Part shown: positions 38,931-50,454 of the stretch, one piece after another
Layout: each line of letters opens with the position of its first letter
Position numbering within the stretch: position 1 is the stretch's first letter
NCBI RefSeq assembly: GCF_006345805.1
Contig: NC_043005.1
Span: forward strand, 79,856,001-79,920,000
Direction of reading: 5' to 3'
Length of the DNA stretch: 64,000 bases
DNA from: Octopus sinensis
Taxonomy: Eukaryota
Notes under the pieces: model-generated
What the model was told of the DNA's origin: nothing
What the model saw: only the letters and a program-made list of their open reading frames with translations
Database searches by the model: none
Program-made: the position numbers and the translations under genes

Positions 38931-39775
38931 TATATATGTAAAAGTAAAAAAAATACACAAACTGGGACAAGAACGTGAAACACCTAGAAGACGACACAAG
39001 AAAACACAGGACAGGACACTCGAAGCCCTCAATCATCAGTCAAGAACCGGATCATCTTCGCAATTTCGGCTGATTAATCTTGAGATTGCTCCGATCTGGG
39101 CAGCCACCAAGAGAAATCTAAGCCAAGTGCATTAGATCCCTTGGAAGAAAGCCTCGAATGTATACAACACAAGGACGGAAAACGGACGATGTACACGAAT
39201 AAAAATACAAAAATACGTGAAAACAATAAAGAAAGCACGAATAAGAATGCAAATACGTAAAAACAATAATGGAAAGGATAAAAACAAGACCAGGACGTCA
39301 GGACAAGGGTCTTTCGACAGGACGAGTTGAGTTTGGGGCTGGCTAGTAGAAGAGTACCTTTAGGCCACGGGAAACAAACAAATACGTGTTTCTACAACGA
39401 CTGCTGGATGCGAAAAGGCAAAGCAGCAGTGGCTGGCTGGTCACATGGGGACAAAAGAGAGAAAGGGACAGATGAGGAGAGAGAGAAGGGGAACAAGGAA
39501 GGAGAAGAAAGAGAGGGAAAGAGACAGATCGAGGGGAGTGTAAGGTATGAGAGGCAGAGAAACGTGGGAGAGGGGGCTGATTAATCAGCCGAAATTGCGA
39601 AGATGATCCGGTTCTTGACTGATGATTGAGGTCTTCGAGTGTCCCGTCCTGTGTTTTCTTGTGTCGTCTTCTAGGTGTTTCACGTTCTTGTCCCAGTTTC
39701 TATATTTTTTTACTTTTACATATATATATATATATATTTGTCCCAGTTTGTATATTTTTTTACTTATATATATAT
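38931..39775. mobile_element. Inverted pair of an unclassified interspersed repeat (third copy 7218-7342)
   Basis: 38931-39079 is the reverse complement of 39579-39725; junction palindrome GGCTGATTAATCAGCC at 39575-39590. Confidence 0.75.
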
Positions 39776-39776
39776 T

Positions 39777-40009
39777 TCTTCTACTTGCTTCAGTCATTTT
39801 GACTGCGGTCATGCTGGAGCTCTGGGTTTAATCGAACAAATCGGCCCCAGGGCTTATTCTTCGTAAACCAAGTTCTTATTCTATCAGTCACTTTTACCGA
39901 ACCGCAAATTTACAGAGACGTAAACACACCAACATCGGTTGTCAAGCGATGGCTGGGGTTCAAACAAAGACACAAATAACAGACACACACATGCAAACAG
40001 ATACATACA

Positions 40010-40052
<43 letters not shown>

Positions 40053-40223
40053 ACATATATATATATATACGACGGGTTTCTTTCAGTTTTCATCTACCAT
40101 GTCCACTCAAAAGGATTTGGTCGGCCTGAGGCTATAGTTGAAGACTCTTGCCAAAGATGTCACCCTGTAGGACTGAACCCGGAGCCATGTGGTTTGGAAG
40201 CAAGCTTCTTACCACACATCCAC
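39777..40223 (-). mobile_element. SINE family B, full length with internal (CA)n/(TA)n
   Basis: Same head, core and tail in reverse complement. Confidence 0.85.
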
Positions 40224-40282
40224 TTCTGATACATACATACATATTCACACACACACACACACACTCACACACACGTATATAT

Positions 40283-40330
<48 letters not shown>

Positions 40331-40554
40331 CACACACATTCATATATACATATATATTTTTATGGCCTTCAGCTAGAGGCTGAGACCATGCTGGTGCACC
40401 GCCTTTACTGCGTCCGGTGAATTTAGCAGCATTGCTCAAAACAGACCCATAGACTGGAGGGTTGTCGCCCGATGGGGCAGTCTTCATCCGCCAGGTGTAA
40501 TAGAAAATCACCAACAAACTGTGGATGCAGCGGCGTATTGTTACAGTGCATGTC

Positions 40555-40832
40555 CTACTACTACAACTACTACTACTACTACTACTATTACTGCTGCTGC
40601 TGCTGCTGCTGCTGTTGCAGCTGCCACTACTACTGCCACTACTTGTACTAGTACACCTCCTTCTCCTTCTAATCGTCCTCCTATCACTATTACTACTTTT
40701 ACTCGTACCACCACCACCACCACCACTACTACTACTACTCGTACTACCACCACCACCACCAGCATCAGTACTACTACTACTACTACTACTACTACTATTT
40801 CTACTACCCGTACCACCACCACCACCACCACC

Positions 40833-40869
<37 letters not shown>

Positions 40870-40892
40870 TTACTACTACTACTACTACCAAT
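40555..40892. repeat. (ACT/GCT/ACC)n compound microsatellite (similar at 18175-18380)
   Basis: Direct reading. Confidence 0.95.
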
Positions 40893-41224
40893 ATACACTA
40901 ACAGAATTTAATTGATTTGCCTCAGAAATGAACAGAATCACTTGACAGCGAGCACAAATATTTATTTCGAATATTTATAACATTCATGTTTTACCCTACA
41001 TTTTATAATAATATTTTTGCTGTCCAGAACTTTTAATTTAACCCTTTCATTCACGTTCAGTACACTTGTACTCTCACATAAGTTCTATATCGATTTGACA
41101 CGAAACGAAAAATCGTTTCCTGATCGACACTCGTTAAATACTTTGATCGATATTATCGAACGCTTCTCCCCCCACTAAGTGTGTGGCCTTCTTTTTATAT
41201 CAGAAATAATTAATATTAGAATTA

Positions 41225-41387
41225 CCGTATTTTAACGTGTATAAGGAACCCTTTTTTTGTCAAAAATTAGGTTAAAAAAATATGGGAGTTTCTTATACAT
41301 GGATAGTATTATAATCCCTTACGAAACAATTTTTTCTAAATTTTAAGCCCCCCAAATTAGGGGGTTCTTATGCACATTAACATACGG
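41225..41387. mobile_element. pogo/Tc2-like MITE
   Basis: TA|CCGTATTTTAACGTGTATAAG ... CTTATGCACATTAACATACGG|TA; TA TSD. Confidence 0.75.
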
Positions 41388-41394
41388 TAATATA

Positions 41395-42960
41395 AGTTGG
41401 TGAGCTGGCAGAAACCTTAGCACGTTGGGCAAACTGCTTAACGGTATTTTGTCTGCCTTTACGTTCCGAGTTCAAATTTCGTAGAGGTTGACTTTTCGCT
41501 TTTTTTTTTTCGTCTTTTAGGAGTCGATAAAAACATGTACCAGTTGAGCACTGGGGTTGCTGTAAATGACCTTTCGGGGACGTTAAATTAAGTACCAGTT
41601 GTGTACTGTGGTCGATTTAATCAACTAGCCCTCTCCTACCGCAAAATTTCGGACCTTGTACCTAGAGTAGAAAAGAAAATACGGTAACATATAAAGCTTC
41701 AAATACGGTGAGTTAGTGCAACCGCTAATGCGCTGGAAAAATCCCTAGCGTCAATTCTTCTGAATTTATATTCTGAGTTCAAATTCTGCCGATGTCGACT
41801 CTTCTTCTTTTTTTCTCTTTTTAGGGGTCGATAAAAATATGTATTAGTTGAGCACTGGGGTTGCTGTAAATGACTCATAGCCCCTCCGAAATTGTTGACT
41901 ATTCCGAAATTTAAAACCAATATATATAATGATTCAAATAAAGTGACCAGCTGGCAGAATCGTTACCACGTCGTAAAAATGTTCAGCGGCATTTCTTCTG
42001 ACTTCATGCTCTTAATTCAAAAGTAGCCGGGATCGAACTTGCCCTTGATTTCTTTCGCGGTCGATAAAATAATTAACAGTTTTACATTGAAGTCGATGCC
42101 CACAATCACTGGCCTTGTGCCAAAATTTGAAACGCTATATAATTTTTTCAACTCAAGGCACAGGGGCCGAAACTTTTGGGCAGGGGGTCAGTCGATTAGA
42201 TCGACCTCAGTACGAAAATGGTACTTAATTCATCGACCCCGAATCGATGAAAGGTAAAGTCTACCTCGGTGGAATTTGAACTCAGAACGTAGCGGCAGAC
42301 GAAATACCTATTTCTTTACTAACCATAAGGGGCTAAACACAGAGGGGACAAACAAGGACAGACAAACGGATTAAGTCGATTATATCGAGCCCAGTGCGTA
42401 ACTGGTACTTATTTAATCGACCCCGAAAGGATGAAAGGCAAAGTCGATCTCTGCAGAATTCGAACTCACAATGTAAAGGCAGGCGAAATACCTATTTATT
42501 TACTACCAACAAGGGGCTACACACAGAGAGGACAAACAAGGACAGACAAACGGATTAAGTCGATTACAACGCCCCCAGTGCGTAACTGGTATTTAATTTA
42601 TCGACGCCGAAAGAATGAAAGGCAAAGTCGACCTCGGCGGAATTTGAACTCAGAACGCAACGGAAGACGAAATATTTCTCCCGGCGTGCTAACGTTTCTG
42701 CCAGCTCACCGCCTTTGAAACGATATATAATGCTTCAAAAGCATTTGCTCTTTAAAGTACATAATATTATTGGCGTTGAGCTGGCAGAATCGTTAGCACT
42801 TCGGACAAAATGTTTAGCGGCATTTGTCCGCCTTTAAGTTCTGAGTTCACATTCGGTCTGAGCCGACTTTTATTTCCATCCTTTTGGGGTCGATAAAATA
42901 ATCACCAGTTGAGCATTGAGGTCGGTGTAATCGAATTTACATGCCTTGTGCTAGTATTTG
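41395..42960. mobile_element. Cluster of at least 5 SINE family A copies in both orientations
   Basis: Repeated GAGCTGGCAGAA heads at about 41400, 41710, 41950 and 42775, plus the minus-strand trimer. Confidence 0.75.
42155..42715 (-). mobile_element. SINE family A, head + 3 tandem bodies
   Basis: Reverse-complement copies with the same junction (plus strand GAAATACCTATTT); last body has the alternative tail. Confidence 0.85.
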
Positions 42961-42980
42961 AAATGAATATTACACTGAAT

Positions 42981-43440
42981 CTTACTCTTTTACTTTTTTC
43001 AGTAATTTGACTGTGGCCATGCTGGAGCACCGCCTTTAGTCGAGCCAATCGACCCCAGGACTTATTCTTTGTAAGCCTAGTACTTATTCTATCGGTTTCT
43101 TTTGCTGAACTGCTAATTGACGGAGACGTAAACACACCAGCATCAGTTGTCTAGCGATGTTGGGGGGGGGGGACAAACACAGACACACAAACATATACAC
43201 ACACACAAACATACATACATACATACATATATATACGGGAACGTGAAACTCAGAGTAACAGGTTTTGTTGAATTTTCTGCTGCTTTAAATAAAGAGTAAT
43301 ATACATACATTTAGTTTCCGTCTACCAAATCCACTTACAAGTCTTTGGTCGGCCTGAGGCTATAGTAGAAGACACTTGCCCAAGATGCCACGCAGTGGGA
43401 CTGAACCCGGACCATGTGGTTCATAAGCACACAGCCACTC
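42981..43440 (-). mobile_element. SINE family B, full length
   Basis: Same head, core and tail in reverse complement; internal CA/CATA repeats. Confidence 0.85.
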
Positions 43441-43669
43441 CTACGCCTATACTTATCACACACCCACTCCTACGCCTATAACGCCTTTTCTCATAACACA
43501 AGCTTTCCGCTATAGGCTTTGTTTATCATTCCTTTGCCTTCGATTGTAATAGGTACCAGTTATGTGCGGTGGTCGGTGTAACTGACGTTAAAGTGATGAG
43601 TTGTGTTAGGTGGCTGCGGCAATGGTGTTGTTGTGGTTTTCGGTAGTGATGATGATAATGATGGTGGTT

Positions 43670-43844
43670 GGTGGTTCTTGTGGCTAGGCTGATGATGCTA
43701 TTACTGCTGCTGCTGCTGCTACTGCTGCTGCTCATTTTCATGACAGGGATGATGCGGATCGTGATGTACATCATGATCACGATAAAAACCATCATGTCGA
43801 TCGCTATCGTCATCATCCTCATCATCATCACCACTACTACAACT

Positions 43845-43875
<31 letters not shown>

Positions 43876-44330
43876 CTATTAGCATTACCACCACCAGCAC
43901 CAGCACCAGCACCAGCACCGCCACCACCACCACCACCACCACCATCATCATCACCAACAACATCATCATCATCATCATCACCACCAGCAACATCACCACC
44001 ATCATCATCATCATCACTATCACTACTGCCACCATCATCTCCATCACCATCACCCCACCCCGCCATCATCATCACCATCATCATCAACATCATAATCACC
44101 ACCAACATCATCATCATCGTCATCATCATCATCCGCATCATCATCACTACCACCACTGCCACTATCATCTCCACCATCATCACCCCACTCCGCCATCATT
44201 ATCACCATCCTCACCATCCTCATCATCACCACCACCACCACCACCACCATCACCATCATCATCCTCATCGTCGTTGTCGTTGTCATCATCATCATCATCA
44301 TCACCATCATCAGGATGATGACATTGATGA
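43670..44330. repeat. (CAT/CAC)n compound microsatellite
   Basis: Direct reading. Confidence 0.95.
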
Positions 44331-44739
44331 TCAGGCTAAGCATGAAGCGAAGAGAGAGAAAATAATAAATACTAAAAGAAAACAAACAAAAAGATAACAC
44401 ACAGAAGGAAAAAAAAAACGACAAGACAAAAGCCTATAAGACATGTAAACGCTCGATAAATTGTGAAGTGGCTGCGAGGCAAAGCAAAGAACGGAATGAA
44501 GAGAATAAAATATACCGACAAATATATATAGATTCAGACACGTAAAACAATACACTGTGATCACTCACAGTTCCCCTTCTGTAAAGAAAGCCCGCAATAA
44601 AAATTGAAGAATGACTAGAGGTAGGAAGGAAGTCAGATAGATCAGACGGAGCTAGAGGGAAAAAAAATATTCCAGAAAATTGTTTTGGGTTTTTATCATC
44701 TCTAGTAGTACTTGACGTAAAGTGTTGTTAATATATATC

Positions 44740-44782
<43 letters not shown>

Positions 44783-45129
44783 GGATTCATTATATATATG
44801 CAGTTGTGTGTGTTGTGATTTTGTGAGCTGTGGTGTGCGCGTTTGCGTATATGATTGTGTACAGTCACGTATAAAGCAAGAGTATATATGAACACAAAAC
44901 TTGCACTCACACACACACATACACACACATATATATATATTCGTAACTATCTGTATATATATATGTGTGTGGTGGTGTGCGTGTGGTGTTGTGTGCGTGT
45001 GTGTGTGTGCGTGTGTGTGTGGGAATACATGTATGTTTGCATGTAAATATATATATATATATATATATTATGTATGATGTATATACATATATATACATAT
45101 ATATATATATATACACATACATATATACG

Positions 45130-45169
<40 letters not shown>

Positions 45170-45699
45170 TATATATATTATATATATATATATGTACACA
45201 TATATACCTATGTATATACATGCATATATATATATATATATATATATCATATACCACGCTCACATACACACACATACACATATGTATATATACCATATTT
45301 GTATATGAGTAAATTTTGTATAGAAAACACGATTATGTCCTACATTCAAAGCTCTATTCTTTTTATCAAACGTTTCTCATGCTCTCGTAGGAATCCCGTG
45401 CAGTAGTTTATATTTTTTCATTTGTAAAATTTCCCAAAGCACCGAGTACATTTTCTCATCTATAAGACAAACTACAAGACTAATCAATCGTTGTACCTCG
45501 TCATTGAAATCATGACCAAGTACGTAATTTATTCTAAATTAGAATCACTTGATACCGGTTAAAACTAAGGGAGGTAATTGGCATTATGACCTGCCTTATG
45601 AGCAATCATCTGGCAAACTACGTTACTAGCTCTACGATAAATGGAAGGTGTTAAATATACATATAAATTTTGTAACAGTTTAAAAGACATAAATCAGTA

Positions 45700-46169
45700 C
45701 AATTTACTGACACCAACCGCAAATGGATGAAATACATAAGAAACTCCGACAACAACAGCCAGCATTGGTCAATAGAAAAGGACCTATTCTTCTCCAAGGC
45801 AACGCTCGACCGCACGTCCCATAGCTGATCCTGCAGAAGTTGAACGAATTGGGCTACGAAACTCCGCCTCATCCGCCATACTCACTAGACCTCTCACCTA
45901 CCGACTACCACTTTTTCAAGCATCTCGAAAACTTCCTGCGTGAGTAAGGCTTCATAAACCAAAACGATGCCAAACACACGTTCAAAGACTTCATCACCAC
46001 CAGAACGCAGAATTTTTAGGCTATTGGCATTAATAAACTTGTTTCGTGTTGGCAAAATTGTGTTGATTCTGACACTGTTTATTTCGTTTAATAAAGTTTT
46101 GTTTGAGCGGAGATATGTGCATCTGAATTTAAAGGTTTAAAACCACAAGAACTATTTTGATAACCTAAT
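45700..46169 (+). mobile_element. mariner transposase C-terminal fragment with right TIR
   Basis: KLRQQQPALVNRKGPILLQGNARPHV..PHPPYSLDLSPTDYHFFKHL..GINKLVSCWQNCVDS; ends AACCACAAGAACTATTTTGATAACCTAAT (mariner-type TIR); in-frame stops. Confidence 0.92.
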
Positions 46170-46176
46170 GTGTATG

Positions 46177-46215
<39 letters not shown>

Positions 46216-46227
46216 ATATATATATAT

Positions 46228-46425
46228 AGGGAGAATTCACGAAAAAAAAAGACAAAGACAGGTGGTAGTAGAAAACAAACAGATGTATTAGTACAACGCT
46301 CGTGAATTGAAAAAGTCTTTAACTTTTCGAGCCTACGCTCTTCCACAGAAAGGAACACAGAAAGAAACAAGGAGAGAAAAAATGTGTGTAGTGGCTACCG
46401 ATCTATCACGGCGAATATATACATA
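46228..46425 (-). mobile_element. Short non-coding element with minimal hammerhead-like fold
   Basis: Flanked by (TA)n on both sides. 46317-46352 on minus reads CTTT-CTGTGGA-A-GAGC(GTAG)GCTC-GAAA-AG-TT-AAAG. Homologous to 6974-7172. Confidence 0.55.
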
Positions 46426-46440
46426 TATATATATATATTG

Positions 46441-48626
46441 ATAAAACGGTAAGATAACAAAAGAAAGAAAGAGACCTCAATATTATGTAAATAGAGGAAA
46501 TTTATCTATACAATATGTTACATTACTCGGTAGTCAAGATAAAACTCTGAGTTTCAGATGCCAAAGTGGAAATCCACAACACCATCTCTTCGGTTATCTG
46601 GCTATTTGAAAACGTTATGAAAAAATACCGTTAAAAATGAAGGGAAATTACTCTGTTATAACTCTGCTTTGCCTGCGTACTTATACATCGCTCGCATTTT
46701 TCGTCATAAAAATTATATAAAAATACATTAAAAATATATAAAAAATATAAAAATATATAAAATCTTCTGGGACTAACACAGAAAGCATGTTCTATCCGTT
46801 TTCTTTAGGGGACCAAAAACGTAACAGAAATTTAGTCACATGTGGGCATGATCCGAAAAGCCTGTCCTTGTATTTAGACATGTGGTAGGGTCTAAGCTGC
46901 TTTTCCAGATAAGCCATCTCTCCATGTCGCATAAACCGCACCTTCCGCTGCCGTTAGTATAGGGCTTACATCTGGCCAAAATCTTCCATTGTATGTTATA
47001 ATCGACACCTTTATCTTAAAGACCAAATATGATTGGATAATTGTGTCGCTTTTCTTTTGTTCCAGTGCCTAAAGCTCAAAGTGTGGTTATTGAACCTGGC
47101 CTTGAAATTACCCTCTGTCAGGCCCACGTATTTCTTCGTCGAAACGGTGTCTTAGTGGTTATAGAGTTTACGGTAGCTTCATATATGATGGTCTTGGACA
47201 TGCAAGCTCCATTTAGCGGGCACAATTCTTTATTCCTGCATGAACAGCTGTTTTCTTCTTGTGTTTTTTGTATGTTATGATTGATTATGTTTTTAAAATT
47301 GGTAGTTGAACTAAAACTAATTTTTAAATTGTGTCTATTGAAGAGTTTCCTATAAGCATGGTTAACTGGAAAATGTCTATCTATCAGTGCTAGGAAATAT
47401 TTACTATATTGAAGGCACCTCGGGTGAGTAAGGGGGCGTAAACCAGATGACCTTCCTATTTCTATTATTCCTTTTCCTTATTGTTGGGCTGGTGTGATAG
47501 GTGTATATTTTATTTTTTCGCTAAAACCACTATCTTTAAAGCTTTATTATAACTGGGGCAACGCTATTGAAGATGTCCTCATTAGATGCAGGCTAGAAAT
47601 CCTCTTACTAATATTTTTAACTAAATTTTTGAATACTATAGGGGGATTGCATGAACTACATTATATAACTTAGTCTATCATTGGGCTTCCTATAGGCTTA
47701 TAAATATTATTATTAAGATCTAAGGAAAGGTCTAAGAAATTGACAACCGTCAGGTTAGTGTCTATAGTTATACTAAGTCCGAAGTGTTTCATTAACTGGA
47801 TAATATCCTTCCTAAAACGATCTTGTGCTGGTCCATTTGTATTAGCTGTTAAGGCGAGGGCATCATCTTTGTAGATGGCGAAATGTACGTTAGGGAATGT
47901 CTTACCGAAGGTATCTAGGAGAAAGAGTCCAATTAGATCACAGATGCCTGCCCATCATATGAACCCATGCTCACATCGAAAGCGCCCTCCGTGTCGGTGT
48001 TTTTTACCCACTTTGCATTCTCACTGAAAAGTAATGTCTTTCTAGCATGGAAGATTATATCCTTATCATTGTACTAATTTCTATGAAGTCACTAGCGAAG
48101 ATTAGGGCTTTATCTAGCAGTTCTTTAGAGATAGAGGCATAAAAATCAACAATATCGAATTGTGTAAACCTCGCTTTTTTCTTATTCTTAATAGCTTTAA
48201 ACCAGTCTACGACTTCTATACTATTGGACCATTGCACTAGCCTAGTATCGGTCTTAATTTTCGTATTTATTTTATCTAAAATTTCTTTGCTAATAATCCC
48301 TAGTTCTGACTTGGCTGGGTTGATAAGCCTACATTTAGGGTTGGAAAGAAGTTTTCTTTGTGGCCTTTAATAGTAATAAAGCCTCTTTTTGGGGGAGGGT
48401 TTCTTTTTTTTATCTAATTTAAGTTTAGCGGCGATGACGCTAGCTTCTTTATTAATTTCGTTATATGTCTGTGCCCTAGCCTTAGTATAATATTAATGAT
48501 GCTGTTGTGTAAGAGTGTGTGTATGTTTTGCTGTTATCTACCAGGTATAAGTTCTGGTTTTATCGAAAAAAGTGCTTTTTTCTTGGTGCTTTTTATATGA
48601 TCAATATCTTTTTTCAATTTATGTTG
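46441..48626 (-). mobile_element. Penelope-like retroelement, 5'-truncated copy 1 (RT + GIY-YIG, frameshifted)
   Basis: Minus-strand translation gives KCRLINPAKSELG, QFDIVDFYASIS, FDVSMGSYDG and IYKDDAL (PLE RT), then CSC..CPLNGAC linker and IIYEA..KYVGLTEGNFKARFNNH (GIY-YIG). Flanked by (TA)n. Confidence 0.92.
46537..46599 (-). ncRNA. Hammerhead-like motif (variant core) in PLE 3' region, copy 1
   Basis: AGATAA-CCGAAGA-GATG[..GTGGATTTCCAC..]CATC-T-GAAA-CTCAGAG-TT-TTATCT. 6-bp stem I, near-palindromic stem III; U4C change and an extra U before G12. Confidence 0.6.
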
Positions 48627-50225
48627 TCGCTAGTGACTTCATAGAAATTAGTACCAATGATAAGGATATAATCTTCCATGCTAGAAAGACATTACTTTTC
48701 AGTGAGAATGCAAAGTGGGTAAAAAACACCGACACGGAGGGCGCTTTCGATGTGAGCATGGGTTCATATGATGGGGCAGGCATCTGTGATCTAATTGGAC
48801 TCTTTCTCCTAGATACCTTCGGTAAGACATTCCCTAACGTACATTTCGCCATCTACAAAGATGATGCCCTCGCCTTAACAGCTAATACAATGGACCAGCA
48901 CAAGATCGTTTTAGGAAGGATATTATCCAGTTAATGAAACACTTCGGACTTAGTATAACTATAGACACTAACCTGACGGTTGTCAATTTCTTAGACCTTT
49001 CCTTAGATCTTAATAATAATATTTATAAGCCTTATAGGAAGCCCAATGATAGACTAAGTTATATTAATGTAGGTTCATGCCATCCCCCTATAGTATTCAA
49101 AAATTTAGTTAAAAATATTAGTAAGAGGATTTCTAGCCTCTCATCTAATGAGGACATCTTCAATAGCGTTGCCCCAGTTTATAATAAAGCTTTAAAAGAT
49201 AGTGGTTTTAGCGAAAAAAAAAATATACACCTATCACCAGCCCAACAATAAGGAAAAGGAATAATAGAAATAGGAAGGTCATCTGGTTTACGCCCCCTTA
49301 CTCACCCGAGGTGGCCTTCAATATAGGTAAATATTTCTTAGCACTGATAGATAGACATTTTCCAGTTAACCATGCTTATAGGAAACTCTTCAATAGACCA
49401 CAATTTAAAAATTAGTTTTAGTTCAACTACCAATTTTAAAAACATAATCAATCATAACATACAAAAAAACAAGAAGAAAACAGCTGTTCATGCAGGAATA
49501 AAGAATTGTGCCCGCTAAATGGAGCTTGCATGTCCAAGACCATCATATATGAAGCTACCGTAAACTCTATAACCACTAAAGACACGTTTCGACGAAGAAA
49601 TACGTGGGCCTGACAGAGGGTATTTCAAGGCCAGATTCAATAACCACACTTTGAGCTTTAGGCACTGGAACAAAAGAAAAGCGACACAATTATCCAATCA
49701 TATTTGGTCTTTAAGAGATAAAGGTGTCGATTAAAACATACATGGAAGATTGTGGCCAGATGTAAGCCCTATACTAACGGCAGCGGAAGGTGCAGTTTAT
49801 GCGACATGGAGAGATGGCTTATCTGGAAAAGCAGCTTAGACCCTACCACATGTCTAAATACAAGGACAGAGCTTTTCGGATCATGCCCACATGTGACTAA
49901 ATTTCTGTTACGTTTTTGGTCCCCTAAAGAAAACGGATAGAACATGCTTTCTGTGTTATGTCCCAAGAAGATTTTATATATTTTTATATATTTTTATATA
50001 TTTTTATGTATTTTTATATAATTTTTATGACGAAATGCGAGCGATGTATAAGTACGCAGGCAAAGCAGAGTTATAACAGAGTATAATTTCCCTCATTTTT
50101 AACGGTATTTTTCATAACGTTTTCAAATAGCCATATAACCGAAGAGATGGTGTTGTGGATTTCCACTTCGGCATCTGAAACTCAGAGTTTTATCTTGACT
50201 ACCGAGTAATGTAACATATTGTATA
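48627..50225 (+). mobile_element. Penelope-like retroelement, 5'-truncated copy 2 (inverted partner of copy 1)
   Basis: ORFs 48572-48934, 48934-49251 and 49752-49940 encode PLE RT/thumb/GIY-YIG. The sequence is the near-identical reverse complement of 46507-48098 and ends in (TA)n. Confidence 0.92.
50133..50195 (+). ncRNA. Hammerhead-like motif (variant core) in PLE 3' region, copy 2
   Basis: Same fold as 46537-46599, with ATATAA instead of AGATAA in stem I. Confidence 0.55.
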
Positions 50226-50233
50226 TAGTATAT

Positions 50234-50277
<44 letters not shown>

Positions 50278-50290
50278 CTATATATATACA

Positions 50291-50341
<51 letters not shown>

Positions 50342-50354
50342 CATATATATATAC

Positions 50355-50387
<33 letters not shown>

Positions 50388-50396
50388 ATATATATA

Positions 50397-50454
<58 letters not shown>

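Noticed and set aside
39591-39630. GAAA ... CTGATGA as a permuted (type II/III) hammerhead
   Set aside because: The required stem II and UH site cannot be formed.
40400-40555. GC-richer unique stretch with open frames on both strands
   Set aside because: No recognisable motif or convincing splice-site pair.
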